From assembly GCF_009914755.1 (NCBI RefSeq), contig NC_060935.1: a stretch of DNA of 64,000 bases; one strand, given 5' to 3'. Shown in pieces: positions 1 through 13,231 of this stretch. Below the pieces are notes generated by a model. That model was not told the DNA's origin and did not search any database. It was given only the letters and a program-made list of their open reading frames with translations. The DNA is from the human T2T-CHM13v2.0 reference genome, Homo sapiens. The position numbers and the translations under genes were made by a program. The stretch's first letter is position 1. Each line of letters opens with the position of its first letter.

Positions 1-56
1 TTTCCAAACACACTTTCTGTAGAATCTGCAAGTGGATATTTGGACCTCTCTGAGGA

Positions 57-73
57 TTTCGTTGGAAACGGGA
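57..73 (+). promoter_or_regulatory. CENP-B box of monomer 1; recurs every ~850 bp
   Basis: TTTCGTTGGAAACGGGA matches the 17 bp CENP-B box YTTCGTTGGAARCGGGA. Confidence 0.95.
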
Positions 74-394
74 TAAACTTCCCAGAACTACATGGAAGTA
101 TTCTGAGAAACTTCTTTGTGATGTTTGCATTCAACTCACAGAGTTGAACCTTGCTTTCATGGTTCAGCTTTCAAACACTCTTTTTGTAGAATCTGCAAGT
201 GGATATTTGGACCACTTTGTGGCCTTCCTTCAAAACGGGTATATCTTCACATCAAACCTAGACAGAAGCATTCTCAGAATGTTTCCTGTGATGACTGCAT
301 TCAACTCACAGAGGTGAACAATCCTGCTGATGGAGCAGTTTTGAAACTCTCTTTCTTTGGATTCTGCAAGTGGATATGTGGACCTCTGTGAAGA

Positions 395-411
395 TTTCGT
401 TGGAAACGGGT
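395..411 (+). promoter_or_regulatory. CENP-B box of monomer 3; recurs every ~850 bp
   Basis: TTTCGTTGGAAACGGGT, with all nine core positions (TTCG, A, CGGG) present. Confidence 0.93.
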
Positions 412-780
412 TCATCTTCACAGAAAAACTAAACAGGAGCATTCTCAGAAACTGCTTTGTGATGTTTGTGTTCCACTTCAGGAATTGAACTTTCCTCTTG
501 ACAGAGCAGCTCTGAAACCCTCTTTTTCTAGAATCTGCAAGTGGACATTTGGAGGGCTTTGAGGCCAGTGGTGGAAAAGGAAAATCTTCACATAAAAACT
601 AGATGGAAGCATTCTCAGAAACTACTTTGTGATGATTGCATTCGACTCACAGAGTTGAACATTCCTATAGATAGAGCAGGTTGTAAACAATCTTTTTGTA
701 GAATCTGCGATTGGAGATTTGGACTGCTTTGAGGCCTACTGTAGTAAAGGAAATAACTTCATCTAAAAACCAAACGGAAG

Positions 781-948
781 CATTCACAGACAATTCTTAG
801 TGATCATTGGATTGAACTAACAGAGCTGAACATTCCTTTAGATGGCGCAGTTTCCAAACACACTTTCTGTAGAATCTGCCACTGGATATTTGGACCTCTC
901 TGAGGATTTCGTTGGAAACGGGCTAAACTTCCCAGAACTACACGGAAG
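781..948 (+). repeat. Monomer 1 of HOR (168 bp, B-type, canonical CENP-B box; probably W1)
   Basis: Contains TTTCGTTGGAAACGGG at 907 and is the shortest monomer. The W label is inferred from the B-B-B-A-A order. Confidence 0.75.
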
Positions 949-1118
949 CATTCTGAGAAACTTCTTTGTGATGTTTGCATTCAACTCACAGAGTTGAACC
1001 TTGCTTTCATAGTTCAGCTTTCAAACACTCTTTTTGTAGAATCTGCAAGTGGATATTTGGACCACTTTGTGGCCTTCCTTCGAAACGGGTATATCTTCAC
1101 ATCAAACCTAGACAGAAG
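949..1118 (+). repeat. Monomer 2 of HOR (170 bp, B-type with degenerate box; probably W2)
   Basis: The box position reads CTTCCTTCGAAACGGGT (1074-1090). Confidence 0.75.
1074..1090 (+). other. Degenerate, predicted non-binding CENP-B box of monomer 2; fixed across the array
   Basis: CTTCCTTCGAAACGGGT has TTCC in place of the required TTCG in every copy I inspected. Confidence 0.8.
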
Positions 1119-1289
1119 CATTCTCAGAATGTTTCCTGTGATGACTGCATTCAACTCACAGAGGTGAACAATCCTGCTGATGGAGCAGTTTTGAAACTCT
1201 CTTTCTTTGGATTCTGCAAGTGGATATGTGGACCTCTGTGAAGATTTCGTTGAAAACGGGTTCATCTTCACAGAAAAACTAAACAGAAG
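1119..1289 (+). repeat. Monomer 3 of HOR (171 bp, B-type, canonical CENP-B box; probably W3)
   Basis: Box at 1245-1261, TTTCGTTGAAAACGGGT, with the core NTTCGNNNNANNCGGGN intact. Confidence 0.75.
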
Positions 1290-1459
1290 CATTCTCAGAA
1301 ACTGCTTTGTGATGTTTGTGTTCCACTTCAGGAATTGAACTTTCCTCTTGATAGATCAGCTCTCAAACCCTCTTTTTCTAGAATCTGCAAGTGGATATTT
1401 GGAGGGCTTTGAGGCCTGTGGTGGAAAAGGAAAATCTTCACATAAAAACTAGATGGAAG
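1290..1459 (+). repeat. Monomer 4 of HOR (170 bp, A-type, carries the XbaI site; probably W4)
   Basis: The box position reads CTGTGGTGGAAAAGGAA (pJalpha-like); TCTAGA at 1377-1382. Confidence 0.75.
1416..1432 (+). other. A-type (pJalpha-like) box of monomer 4
   Basis: CTGTGGTGGAAAAGGAA occupies the position equivalent to the CENP-B box, 171 bp after the monomer 3 box. Confidence 0.7.
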
Positions 1460-1630
1460 CATTCTCAGAAACTACTTTGTGATGATTGCATTCGACTCAC
1501 AGAGTTGAACATTCCTATAGATAGAGCAGGTTGTAAACAATCTTTTTGTAGAATCTGCGATTGGAGATTTGGACTGCTTTGAGGCCTACTGTAGTAAAGG
1601 AAATAACTTCATCTAAAAACCAAACGGAAG
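1460..1630 (+). repeat. Monomer 5 of HOR (171 bp, A-type; probably W5)
   Basis: The box position reads CTACTGTAGTAAAGGAA, with no CENP-B core. Confidence 0.75.
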
Positions 1631-1849
1631 CATTCACAGACAATTCTTAGTGATCATTGGATTGAACTAACAGAGCTGAACATTCCATTAGATAGAGCAG
1701 TTTCCAAACACACTTTCTGTAGAATCTGCAAGTGGATATTTGGACTTCTCTGAGGATTTCGTTGGAAACGGGCTAAACTTCCCAGAACTACACGGAAGCA
1801 TTCTGAGAAACTTCTTTGTGATGTTTGCATTCAACTCACAGAGTTGAAC

Positions 1850-4800
1850 CTTGCTTTCATAGTTCAGCTTTCAAACACTCTTTTTGTAGAATCTGCAAGT
1901 TTATGTTTGGACCACTTTGTGGCCTTCCTTCGAAACGGGTATATCTTCACATCAAACCTAGACAGAAGCATTCTCAGAATGTTTCCTGTGATGACTGCAT
2001 TCAACTCACAGAGGTGAACAATCCTGTTGATGGAGCAGTTTTGAAACTCTCTTTCTTAGGATTCTGCAAGTGGATATATGGATCTATGTGAAGATTTCGT
2101 TGGAAACGGGTTCATCTTCACAGAAAAACTAAACACAAGCATTCTCAGAAACTGCTTTGTGATGTTTGTGTTCCACTTCAGGAATTAAACTTTCCTCTTG
2201 ACAGAGCAGCTCTGAAACCCTCTTATTCTAGAATCTGCAAGTGGACATTTGGAGGGCTTTGAGGCCTGTGGTGGAAAAGGAAAATCTTCACATAAAAACT
2301 AGATGGAAGCATTCTCAGAAACTACTTTGTGATGATTGCATTCGACTCACAGAGTTGAACATTCCTATAGATAGAGCAGGTTGTAAACAATCTTTTTGTA
2401 GAATCTGCGATTGGAGATTTGGACTGCTTTGAGGCCTACTGTAGTAAAGGAAATAACTTCATCTAAAAACCAAACGGAAGCATTCACAGACAATTCTTAG
2501 TGATCATTGGATTGAACTAACAGAGCTGAACATTCCTTTAGATGGAGCAGTTTCCAAACACACTTTCTGTAGAATCTGCAAGTGGATATTTGGACCTCTC
2601 TGAGGATTTCGTTGGAAACGGGATAAACTTCCCAGAACTACACGGAAGTATTCTGAGAAACTTCTTTGTGATGTTTGCATTCAACTCACAGAGTTGAACC
2701 TTGCTTTCATAGTTCAGCTTTCAAACACTCTTTTTGTAGAATCTGCAAGTGGATATTTGGACCACTTTGTGGCCTTCCTTCGAAACGGGTATATCTTCAC
2801 ATCAAACCTAGACAGAAGCAGTCTCAGAATGTTTCCTGTGATGACTGCATTCAACTCACAGAGGTGAACAATCCTGCTGATGGAGCAGTTTTGAAACTCT
2901 CTTTCTTTGGATTCTGAAAGTGGATATGTGGACCTCTGTGATGATTTCGTTGGAAACGGGTTCATCTTCACAGAAAAACTAAACAGGAGCATTCTCAGAA
3001 ACTGCTTTGTGATGTTTGTGTTCCACTTCAGGAATTGAACATTCCTCTTGACAGAGCAGCTCTGAAACCCTCTTTTTCTAGAATCTGCAAGTGGACATTT
3101 GGAGGGCTTTGAGGCCTGTGGTGGAAAAGGAAACTCTTCACATAAAAACTAGATGGAAGCATTCTCAGAAACTCCTTTGTGATGATTGCGTTCGACTCAC
3201 AGAGTTGAACATTCCTATAGATAGAGCAGGTTGTAAACAATCTTTTTGTAGAATCTGCGATTGGAGATTTGGACTGCTTTGAGGCCTACTGTAGTAAAGG
3301 AAATAACTTCATCTAAAAACCAAACGGAAGCATTCACAGACAATTCTTAGTGATCATTGGATTGAACTAACAGAGCTGAACATTCCCTTAGATGGCGCAG
3401 TTTCCAAACACACTTTCTGTAGAATCTGCAAGTGGATATTTGGACCTCTCTGAGGATTTCGTTGGAAACGGGATAAACTTCCCAGAACTACACGGAAGCA
3501 TTCTGAGAAACTTCTTTGTGATGTTTGCATTCAACTCACAGAGTGGAATCTTGCTTTCATAGTTCAGCTTTCAAACACTCTTTTTGTAGAATCTGCAAGT
3601 TTATGTTTGGACCACTTTGTGGCCTTCCTTCGAAACGGGTATATCTTCACATCAAACCTAGACAGAAGCATTCTCAGAATGTTTCCTGTGATGACTGCAT
3701 TCAACTCACAGAGGTGAACAATCCTGTTGATGGAGCAGTTTTGAAACTCTCTTTCTTAGGATTCTGCAAGTGGATATATGGATCTATGTGAAGATTTCGT
3801 TGGAAACGGGTTCATCTTCACAGAAAAACTAAACACAAGCATTCTCAGAAACTGCTTTGTGATGTTTGTGTTCCACTTCAGGAATTAAACTTTCCTCTTG
3901 ACAGAGCAGCTCTGAAACCCTCTTATTCTAGAATCTGCAAGTGGACATTTGGAGGGCTTTGAGGCCTGTGGTGGAAAAGGAAAATCTTCACATAAAAACT
4001 AGATGGAAGCATTCTCAGAAACTACTTTGTGATGATTGCATTCGACTCACAGAGTTGAACATTCCTATAGATAGAGCAGGTTGTAAACAATCTTTTTGTA
4101 GAATCTGCGATTGGAGATTTGGACTGCTTTGAGGCCTACTGTAGTAAAGGAAATAACTTCATCTAAAAACCAAACGGAAGCATTCACAGACAATTCTTAG
4201 TGATCATTGCATTGAACTAACAGAGCTGAACATTCCTTTAGATGGAGCAGTTTCCAAACACACTTTCTGTAGAATCTGCAAGTGGATATTTGGACCTCTC
4301 TGAGGATTTCGTTGGAAACGGGATAAACTTCCCAGAACTACACGGAAGTATTCTGAGAAACTTCTTTGTGATGTTTGCATTCAACTCACAGAGTTGAACC
4401 TTGCTTTCATAGTTCAGCTTTCAAACACTCTTTTTGTAGAATCTGCAAGTGGATATTTGGACCACTTTGTGGCCTTCCTTCGAAACGGGTATATCTTCAC
4501 ATCAAACCTAGACAGAAGCATTCTCAGAATGTTTCCTGTGATGACTGCATTCAACTCACAGAGGTGAACAATCCTGCTGATGGAGCAGTTTTGAAACTCT
4601 CTTTCTTTGGATTCTGAAAGTGGATATGTGGACCTCTGTGATGATTTCGTTGGAAACGGGTTCATCTTCACAGAAAAACTAAACAGGAGCATTCTCAGAA
4701 ACTGCTTTGTGATGTTTGTGTTCCACTTCAGGAATTGAACATTCCTCTTGACAGAGCAGCTCTGAAACCCTCTTTTTGTAGAATCTGCAAGTGGACATTT

Positions 4801-5249
4801 GGAGGGCTTTGAGGCCTGTGGTGGAAAAGGAAACTCTTCACATAAAAACTAGATGGAAGCATTCTCAGAAACTCCTTTGTGATGATTGCGTTCGACTCAC
4901 AGAGTTGAACATTCCTATAGATAGAGCAGGTTGTAAACAATCTTTTTGTAGAATCTGCGATTGGAGATTTGGACTGCTTTGAGGCCTACTGTAGTAAAGG
5001 AAATAACTTCATCTAAAAACCAAACGGAAGCATTCACAGACAATTCTTAGTGATCATTGGATTGAACTAACAGAGCTGAACATTCCCTTAGATGGCGCAG
5101 TTTCCAAACACACTTTCTGTAGAATCTGCAAGTGGATATTTGGACCTCTCTGAGGATTTCGTTGGAAACGGGATAAACTTCCCAGAACTACACGGAAGCA
5201 TTCTGAGAAACTTCTTTGTGATGTTTGCATTCAACTCACAGAGTGGAAC
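1850..5249 (+). repeat. Tandem duplication of a 2-HOR (1700 bp) block
   Basis: Private variants repeat at +1700: TTATGTTTGG 1901/3601, TATATGGATCTATG ~2075/3775, ATTCTGAAAG 2911/4611, GATTGCG 3190/4890, CATTCCCTTA 3381/5081. Confidence 0.9.
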
Positions 5250-6431
5250 CTTGCTTTCATAGTTCAGCTTTCAAACACTCTTTTTGTAGAATCTGCAAGT
5301 GGATATTTGGACCACTTTGTGGCCTTCCTTCGAAACGGGTATATCTTCACATCAAACCTAGACAGAAGCATTCTCAGAATGTTTCCTGTGATGACTGCAT
5401 TCAACTCACAGAGGTGAACAATCCTGCTGATGGAGCAGTTTTGAAACTCTCTTTCTTTGGATTCTGCAAGTGGATATGTGGACCTCTGTGAAGATTTCGT
5501 TGAAAACGGGTTCATCTTCACAGAAAAACTAAACAGAAGCATTCTCAGAAACTGCTTTGTGATGTTTTTGTTCCACTTCAGGAACTAAACTTTCCTCTTG
5601 ACAGAGCAGCTCTGAAACCCTCTTATTCTAGAATCTGCAAGTGGACATTTGGAGGGCTTTGAGGCCTGTGGTGGAAAAGGAAAATCTTCACATAAAAACT
5701 AGATGGAAGCATTCTCAGAAACTACTTTGTGATGATTGCATTCGACTCACAGAGTTGAACATTCCTATAGATAGAGCAGGTTGTAAACAATCTTTTTGTA
5801 GAATCTGCGATTGGAGATTTGGACTGCTCTGAGGCCTACTGCAGTAAAGGAAATAACTTCATCTAAAAACCAAACGGAAGCATTCACAGACAATTCTTAG
5901 TGATCATTGGATTGAACTAACAGAGCTGAACATTCCCTTAGATGGCGCAGTTTCCAAACACACTTTCTGTAGAATCTGCAAGTGGATATTTGGACCTCTC
6001 TGAGGATTTCGTTGGAAACGGGATAAACTTCCCAGAACTACACGGAAGCATTCTGAGAAACTTCTTTGTGATGTTTGCATTCAACTCACAGAGTGGAACC
6101 TTGCTTTCATAGTTCAGCTTTCAAACACTCTTTTTGTAGAATCTGCAAGTGGATATTTGGACCACTTTGTGGCCTTCCTTCGAAACGGGTATATCTTCAC
6201 ATCAAACCTAGACAGAAGCATTCTCAGAATGTTTCCTGTGATGACTGCATTCAATTCACAGAGTTGAACAATCCTGTTGATGGAGCAGTTTTGAAACTCT
6301 CTTTCTTAGGATTCTGCAAGTGGATATGTGGACCTCTGTGAAGATTTCGTTGGAAACGGGTTCATCTTCACAGAAAAACTAAACAGGAGCATTCTGAGAA
6401 ACTGCTTTGTGATGTTTGTGTTCCACTTCAG

Positions 6432-9400
6432 GAATTGAACTTTCCTCTTGACAGAGCAGCTCTGAAACCCTCTTTTTCTAGAATCTGCAAGTGGACATTT
6501 GGAGGGCTTTGAGGCCTGTGGTGGAAAAGGAAAATCTTCACATAAAAACTAGAAGGAAGCATTCTCAGAAACTACTTTGTGATGATTGCATTCGACTCAC
6601 AGAGTTGAACATTCCTATAGATAGAGCAGGTTGTAAACAATCTTTTTGTAGAATCTGCGATTGGAGATTTGGACTGCTTTGAGGCCTACTGTAGTAAAGG
6701 AAATAACTTCATCTAAAAACCAAACGGAAGCATTCACAGACAATTCTGAGAGATCATTGGATTGAACTAACAGAGCTGAACATTCCTTTAGATGGCGCAG
6801 TTTCCAAACACACTTTCTGTAGAATCTGCAAGTGGATATTTGGACCTCTCTGAGGATATCTTTGGAAACGGGATAAACTTCCCAGAACTACACGGAAGCA
6901 TTCTGAGAAACTTCTTTGTGATGTTTGCATTCAACTCACAGAGTTGAACCTTGCTTTCATAGTTCAGCTTTCAAACACTCTTTTTGTAGAATCTGCAAGT
7001 GGATATTTGGACCACTTTGTGGCCTTCCTTCGAAACGGGTATATCTTCACATCAAACCTAGACAGAAGCATTCTCAGAATGTTTCCTGTGATGACTGCAT
7101 TCAACTCACAGAGGTGAACAATCCTGCTGATGGAGTAGTTTTGAAACTCTCATTCTTTGGATTCTGCAAGTGGATATGTGGACCCCTGTGAAGATTTCGT
7201 TGGAAACGGGTTCATCTTCACAGAAAAACTAAACAGGAGCATTCTCAGAAACTGCTTTGTGATGTTTGTGTTCCACTTCAAGAATTGAACTTTCCTCTTG
7301 ACAGAGCAGCTCTGAAACCCTCTTTTTCTAGAATCTGCAAGTGGACATTTGGAGGGCTTTGAGGCCTGTGGTGGAAAAGGAAACTCTTCACATAAAAACT
7401 AGATGGAAGCATTCTCAGAAACTCCTTTGTGATGATTGCATTCGACTCACAGAGTTGAACATTCCTATAGATAGAGCAGGTTGTAAACAATCTTTTTGCA
7501 GAATCTGCGATTGGAGATTTGGACTGCTTTGAGGCCTACTGTAGTAAAGGAAGTATCTTCATCTAAAAACCAAACGGAAGCATTCACAGACAATTCTTAG
7601 TGATCATTGGATTGAACTAACAGAGCTGAACATTCCTTTAGATGGCGCAGTTTCCAAACACACTTTCTGTAGAATCTGCAAGTGGATATTTGGACCTCTC
7701 TGAGGATTTCGTTGGAAACGAGATAAACTTCCCAGAACTACACGGAAGCATTCTGAGAAACTTCTTTGTGATGTTTGCATTCAACTCACAGAGTTGAACC
7801 TTGCTTTCATAGTTCAGCTTTCAAACACTCTTTTTGTAGAATCTGCAAGTGGATATTTGGACCACTTTGTGGCCTTCCTTCGAAACTGGTATATCTTCAC
7901 ATCAAACCTAGACAGAAGCATTCTCAGAATGTTTCCTGTGATGACTGCATTCAACTCACAGAGGTGAACAATCCTGTTGATGGAGCAGTTTTGAAACTCT
8001 CTTTCTTTGGATTCTGCAAGTGGATATGTGGACCTCTGTGAAGATTTCGTTGGAAACGTGTTCATCTTCACAGAAAAATTAAACAGGAGCATTCTCAGAA
8101 ACTGCTTTGTGATGTTTGTGTTCCACTTCAGGAATTGAACTTTCCTCTTGATAGAGCAGCTCTCAAACCCTCTTTTTCTAGAATCTGCAAGTGGATATTT
8201 GGAGGGCTTTGAGGCCTGTGGTGGAAAAGGAAAATCTTCACATAAAAACTAGATGGAAGCATTCTCAGAAACTACTTTGTGATGATTGCATTCGACTCAC
8301 AGAGTTGAACATTCCTATAGATAGAGCAGGTTGTAAACAATCTTTTTGTAGAATCTGCGATTGGAGATTTGGACTGCTTTGAGGCCTACTGTAGCAAAGG
8401 AAATAACTTCATCTAAAAACCAAACGGAAGCATTCACAGACAATTCTTAGTGATCATTGGATTGAACTAACAGAGCTGAACATTCCTTTAGATGGAGCAG
8501 TTTCCAAACACACTTTCTGTAGAATCTGCAAGTGGATATTTGGACTTCTCTGAGGATTTCGTTGGAAACGGGATAAACTTCCCAGAACTACACGGAAGCA
8601 TTCTGAGAAACTTCTTTGTGATGTTTGCATTCAACTCACAGAGTTGAACCTTGCTTTCATAGTTCAGCTTTCAAACACTCTTTTTGTAGAATCTGCAAGT
8701 GGATATTTGGACCACTTTGTGGCCTTCCTTCGAAACGGGTATATCTTCACATCAAACCTAGACAGAAGCATTCTCAGAATGTTTCCTGTGATGACTGCAT
8801 TCAACTCACAGAGGTGAACAATCCTGCTGATGGAGCAGTTTTGAAACTCTCTTTCTTTGGATTCTGCAAGTGGATATGTGGACCTCTGTGAAGATTTCGT
8901 TGGAAACGGGTTCATCTTCAGAGAAATAGTAAACAGGAGCATTCTCAGAAACTGCTTTGTGATGTTTGTGTTGCACTTCAAGAATTGAACTTTCCTCTTG
9001 ACAGAGCAGCTCTGAAACCCTCTTTTTCTAGAATTTGCAAGTGGACATTTGGAGGGCTTTGAGGCCTGTGGTGGAAAAGGAAACTCTTCACATAAAAACT
9101 AGATGGAAGCATTCTCAGAAACTCCTTTGTGATGATTGCATTCGACTCACAGAGTTGAACATTCCTATAGATAGAGCAGGTTGTAAACAATCTTTTTGTA
9201 GAATCTGCGATTGGAGATTTGGACTGCTTTGAGGCCTACTGTAGTAAAGGAAATATCTTCATCTAAAAACCAAACGGAAGCATTCACAGACAATTCTTAG
9301 TGATCATTGGATTGAACTAACAGAGCTGAACATTCCTTTAGATGGCGCAGTTTCCAAACACACTTTCTGTGGAATCTGCAAGTGGATATTTGGACCTCTC

Positions 9401-12400
9401 TGAGGATTTCGTTGGAAACGGCATAAACTTCCCAGAACTACACGGAAGCATTCTGAGAAACTTCTTTGTGATGTTTGCATTCAACTCACAGAGTTGAACC
9501 TTGCTTTCATAGTTCAGCTTTCAAACACTCTTTTTGTAGAATCTGCAAGTGGATATTTGGACCACTTTGTGGCCTTCCTTCGAAACGGGTATATCTTCAC
9601 ATCAAACCTAGACAGAAGCATTCTCAGAATGTTTCCTGTGATGACTGCATTCAACTCATAGAGGTGAAAAATCCTGTTGATGGAGCAGTTTTGAAACTCT
9701 CTTTCTTTGGATTCTGCAAGTGGATATGTGGACCTCTGTGAAGATTTCGTTGGAAACGGGTTCATCTTCACAGAAAAACTAAACAGGAGCATTCTCAGAA
9801 AGTGCTTTGTGATGTTTGTGTTCCACTTCAAGAATTGAACTTTCCTCTTGACAGAGCAGCTCTGAAACCCTCTTTTTCTAGAATCTGCAAGTGGACATTT
9901 GGAGGGCTTTGAGGCCTGTGGTGGAAAAGGAAAATCTTCACATAAAAACTAGAAGGAAGCATTCTCAGAAACTACTTTGTGATGATTGCATTCGACTCAC
10001 AGAGTTGAACATTCCTATAGATAGAGCAGGTTGTAAACAATCTTTTTGTAGAATCTGCGATTGGAGATTTGGACTGCTTTGAGGCCTACTGTAGTAAAGG
10101 AAATAACTTCATCTAAAAACCAAACGGAAGCATTCACAGACAATTCTGAGAGATCATTGGATTGAACTAACAGAGCTGAACATTCCTTTAGATGGCGCAG
10201 TTTCCAAACACACTTTCTGTAGAATCTGCAAGTGGATATTTGGACCTCTCTGAGGATATCTTTGGAAACGGGATAAACTTCCCAGAACTACACGGAAGCA
10301 TTCTGAGAAACTTCTTTGTGATGTTTGCATTCAACTCACAGAGTTGAACCTTGCTTTCATAGTTCAGCTTTCAAACACTCTTTTTGTAGAATCTGCAAGT
10401 GGATATTTGGACCACTTTGTGGCCTTCCTTCGAAACGGGTATATCTTCACATCAAACCTAGACAGAAGCATTCTCAGAATGTTTCCTGTGATGACTGCAT
10501 TCAACTCACAGAGGTGAACAATCCTGCTGATGGAGTAGTTTTGAAACTCTCATTCTTTGGATTCTGCAAGTGGATATGTGGACCCCTGTGAAGATTTCGT
10601 TGGAAACGGGTTCATCTTCACAGAAAAACTAAACAGGAGCATTCTCAGAAACTGCTTTGTGATGTTTGTGTTCCACTTCAAGAATTGAACTTTCCTCTTG
10701 ACAGAGCAGCTCTGAAACCCTCTTTTTCTAGAATCTGCAAGTGGACATTTGGAGGGCTTTGAGGCCTGTGGTGGAAAAGGAAACTCTTCACATAAAAACT
10801 AGATGGAAGCATTCTCAGAAACTCCTTTGTGATGATTGCATTCGACTCACAGAGTTGAACATTCCTATAGATAGAGCAGGTTGTAAACAATCTTTTTGTA
10901 GAATCTGCGATTGGAGATTTGGACTGCTTTGAGGCCTACTGTAGTAAAGGAAGTATCTTCATCTAAAAACCAAACGGAAGCATTCACAGACAATTCTTAG
11001 TGATCATTGGATTGAACTAACAGAGCTGAACATTCCTTTAGATGGCGCAGTTTCCAAACACACTTTCTGTAGAATCTGCAAGTGGATATTTGGACCTCTC
11101 TGAGGATTTCGTTGGAAACGAGATAAACTTCCCAGAACTACACGGAAGCATTCTGAGAAACTTCTTTGTGATGTTTGCATTCAACTCACAGAGTTGAACC
11201 TTGCTTTCATAGTTCAGCTTTCAAACACTCTTTTTGTAGAATCTGCAAGTGGATATTTGGACCACTTTGTGGCCTTCCTTCGAAACTGGTATATCTTCAC
11301 ATCAAACCTAGACAGAAGCATTCTCAGAATGTTTCCTGTGATGACTGCATTCAACTCACAGAGGTGAACAATCCTGTTGATGGAGCAGTTTTGAAACTCT
11401 CTTTCTTTGGATTCTGCAAGTGGATATGTGGACCTCTGTGAAGATTTCGTTGGAAACGTGTTCATCTTCACAGAAAAATTAAACAGGAGCATTCTCAGAA
11501 ACTGCTTTGTGATGTTTGTGTTCCACTTCAGGAATTGAACTTTCCTCTTGATAGAGCAGCTCTCAAACCCTCTTTTTCTAGAATCTGCAAGTGGATATTT
11601 GGAGGGCTTTGAGGCCTGTGGTGGAAAAGGAAAATCTTCACATAAAAACTAGATGGAAGCATTCTCAGAAACTACTTTGTGATGATTGCATTCGACTCAC
11701 AGAGTTGAACATTCCTATAGATAGAGCAGGTTGTAAACAATCTTTTTGTAGAATCTGCGATTGGAGATTTGGACTGCTTTGAGGCCTACTGTAGCAAAGG
11801 AAATAACTTCATCTAAAAACCAAACGGAAGCATTCACAGACAATTCTTAGTGATCATTGGATTGAACTAACAGAGCTGAACATTCCTTTAGATGGAGCAG
11901 TTTCCAAACACACTTTCTGTAGAATCTGCAAGTGGATATTTGGACTTCTCTGAGGATTTCGTTGGAAACGGGATAAACTTCCCAGAACTACACGGAAGCA
12001 TTCTGAGAAACTTCTTTGTGATGTTTGCATTCAACTCACAGAGTTGAACCTTGCTTTCATAGTTCAGCTTTCAAACACTCTTTTTGTAGAATCTGCAAGT
12101 GGATATTTGGACCACTTTGTGGCCTTCCTTCGAAACGGGTATATCTTCACATCAAACCTAGACAGAAGCATTCTCAGAATGTTTCCTGTGATGACTGCAT
12201 TCAACTCACAGAGGTGAACAATCCTGCTGATGGAGCAGTTTTGAAACTCTCTTTCTTTGGATTCTGCAAGTGGATATGTGGACCTCTGTGAAGATTTCGT
12301 TGGAAACGGGTTCATCTTCAGAGAAATAGTAAACAGGAGCATTCTCAGAAACTGCTTTGTGATGTTTGTGTTGCACTTCAAGAATTGAACTTTCCTCTTG

Positions 12401-13231
12401 ACAGAGCAGCTCTGAAACCCTCTTTTTCTAGAATTTGCAAGTGGACATTTGGAGGGCTTTGAGGCCTGTGGTGGAAAAGGAAACTCTTCACATAAAAACT
12501 AGATGGAAGCATTCTCAGAAACTCCTTTGTGATGATTGCATTCGACTCACAGAGTTGAACATTCCTATAGATAGAGCAGGTTGTAAACAATCTTTTTGTA
12601 GAATCTGCGATTGGAGATTTGGACTGCTTTGAGGCCTACTGTAGTAAAGGAAATATCTTCATCTAAAAACCAAACGGAAGCATTCACAGACAATTCTTAG
12701 TGATCATTGGATTGAACTAACAGAGCTGAACATTCCTTTAGATGGCGCAGTTTCCAAACACACTTTCTGTGGAATCTGCAAGTGGATATTTGGACCTCTC
12801 TGAGGATTTCGTTGGAAACGGCATAAACTTCCCAGAACTACACGGAAGCATTCTGAGAAACTTCTTTGTGATGTTTGCATTCAACTCACAGAGTTGAACC
12901 TTGCTTTCATAGTTCAGCTTTCAAACACTCTTTTTGTAGAATCTGCAAGTGGATATTTGGACCACTTTGTGGCCTTCCTTCGAAACGGGTATATCTTCAC
13001 ATCAAACCTAGACAGAAGCATTCTCAGAATGTTTCCTGTGATGACTGCATTCAACTCATAGAGGTGAAAAATCCTGTTGATGGAGCAGTTTTGAAACTCT
13101 CTTTCTTTGGATTCTGCAAGTGGATATGTGGACCTCTGTGAAGATTTCGTTGGAAACGGGTTCATCTTCACAGAAAAACTAAACAGGAGCATTCTCAGAA
13201 ACTGCTTTGTGATGTTTGTGTTCCACTTCAA
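6432..13231 (+). repeat. Tandem duplication of a 4-HOR (3400 bp) block
   Basis: Private variants repeat at +3400: AGAAGGAAGC 6551/9951, CTGAGAGATC ~6746/10146, GGATATCTTTGG ~6854/10254, CGAAACTGGT 7881/11281, GAGAAATAGT 8921/12321, CTCATAGAGGTGAAAA ~9655/13055. Confidence 0.93.

Larger units (their letters stand above)
781..1630 (+). repeat. One representative complete 850 bp HOR unit (5 monomers: 168+170+171+170+171 bp)
   Basis: Monomers phased on the CATTC(T/A)(C/G)AGA motif start at 781, 949, 1119, 1290, 1460 and the next unit at 1631; the lengths sum to 850. Confidence 0.93.

Noticed and set aside
504-512. Short dyads such as GAGCAGCTC, TTCGAA and TGATCA as cruciform or terminator signals
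   Set aside because: Arms are only 3-4 bp, expected by chance and too weak to call.
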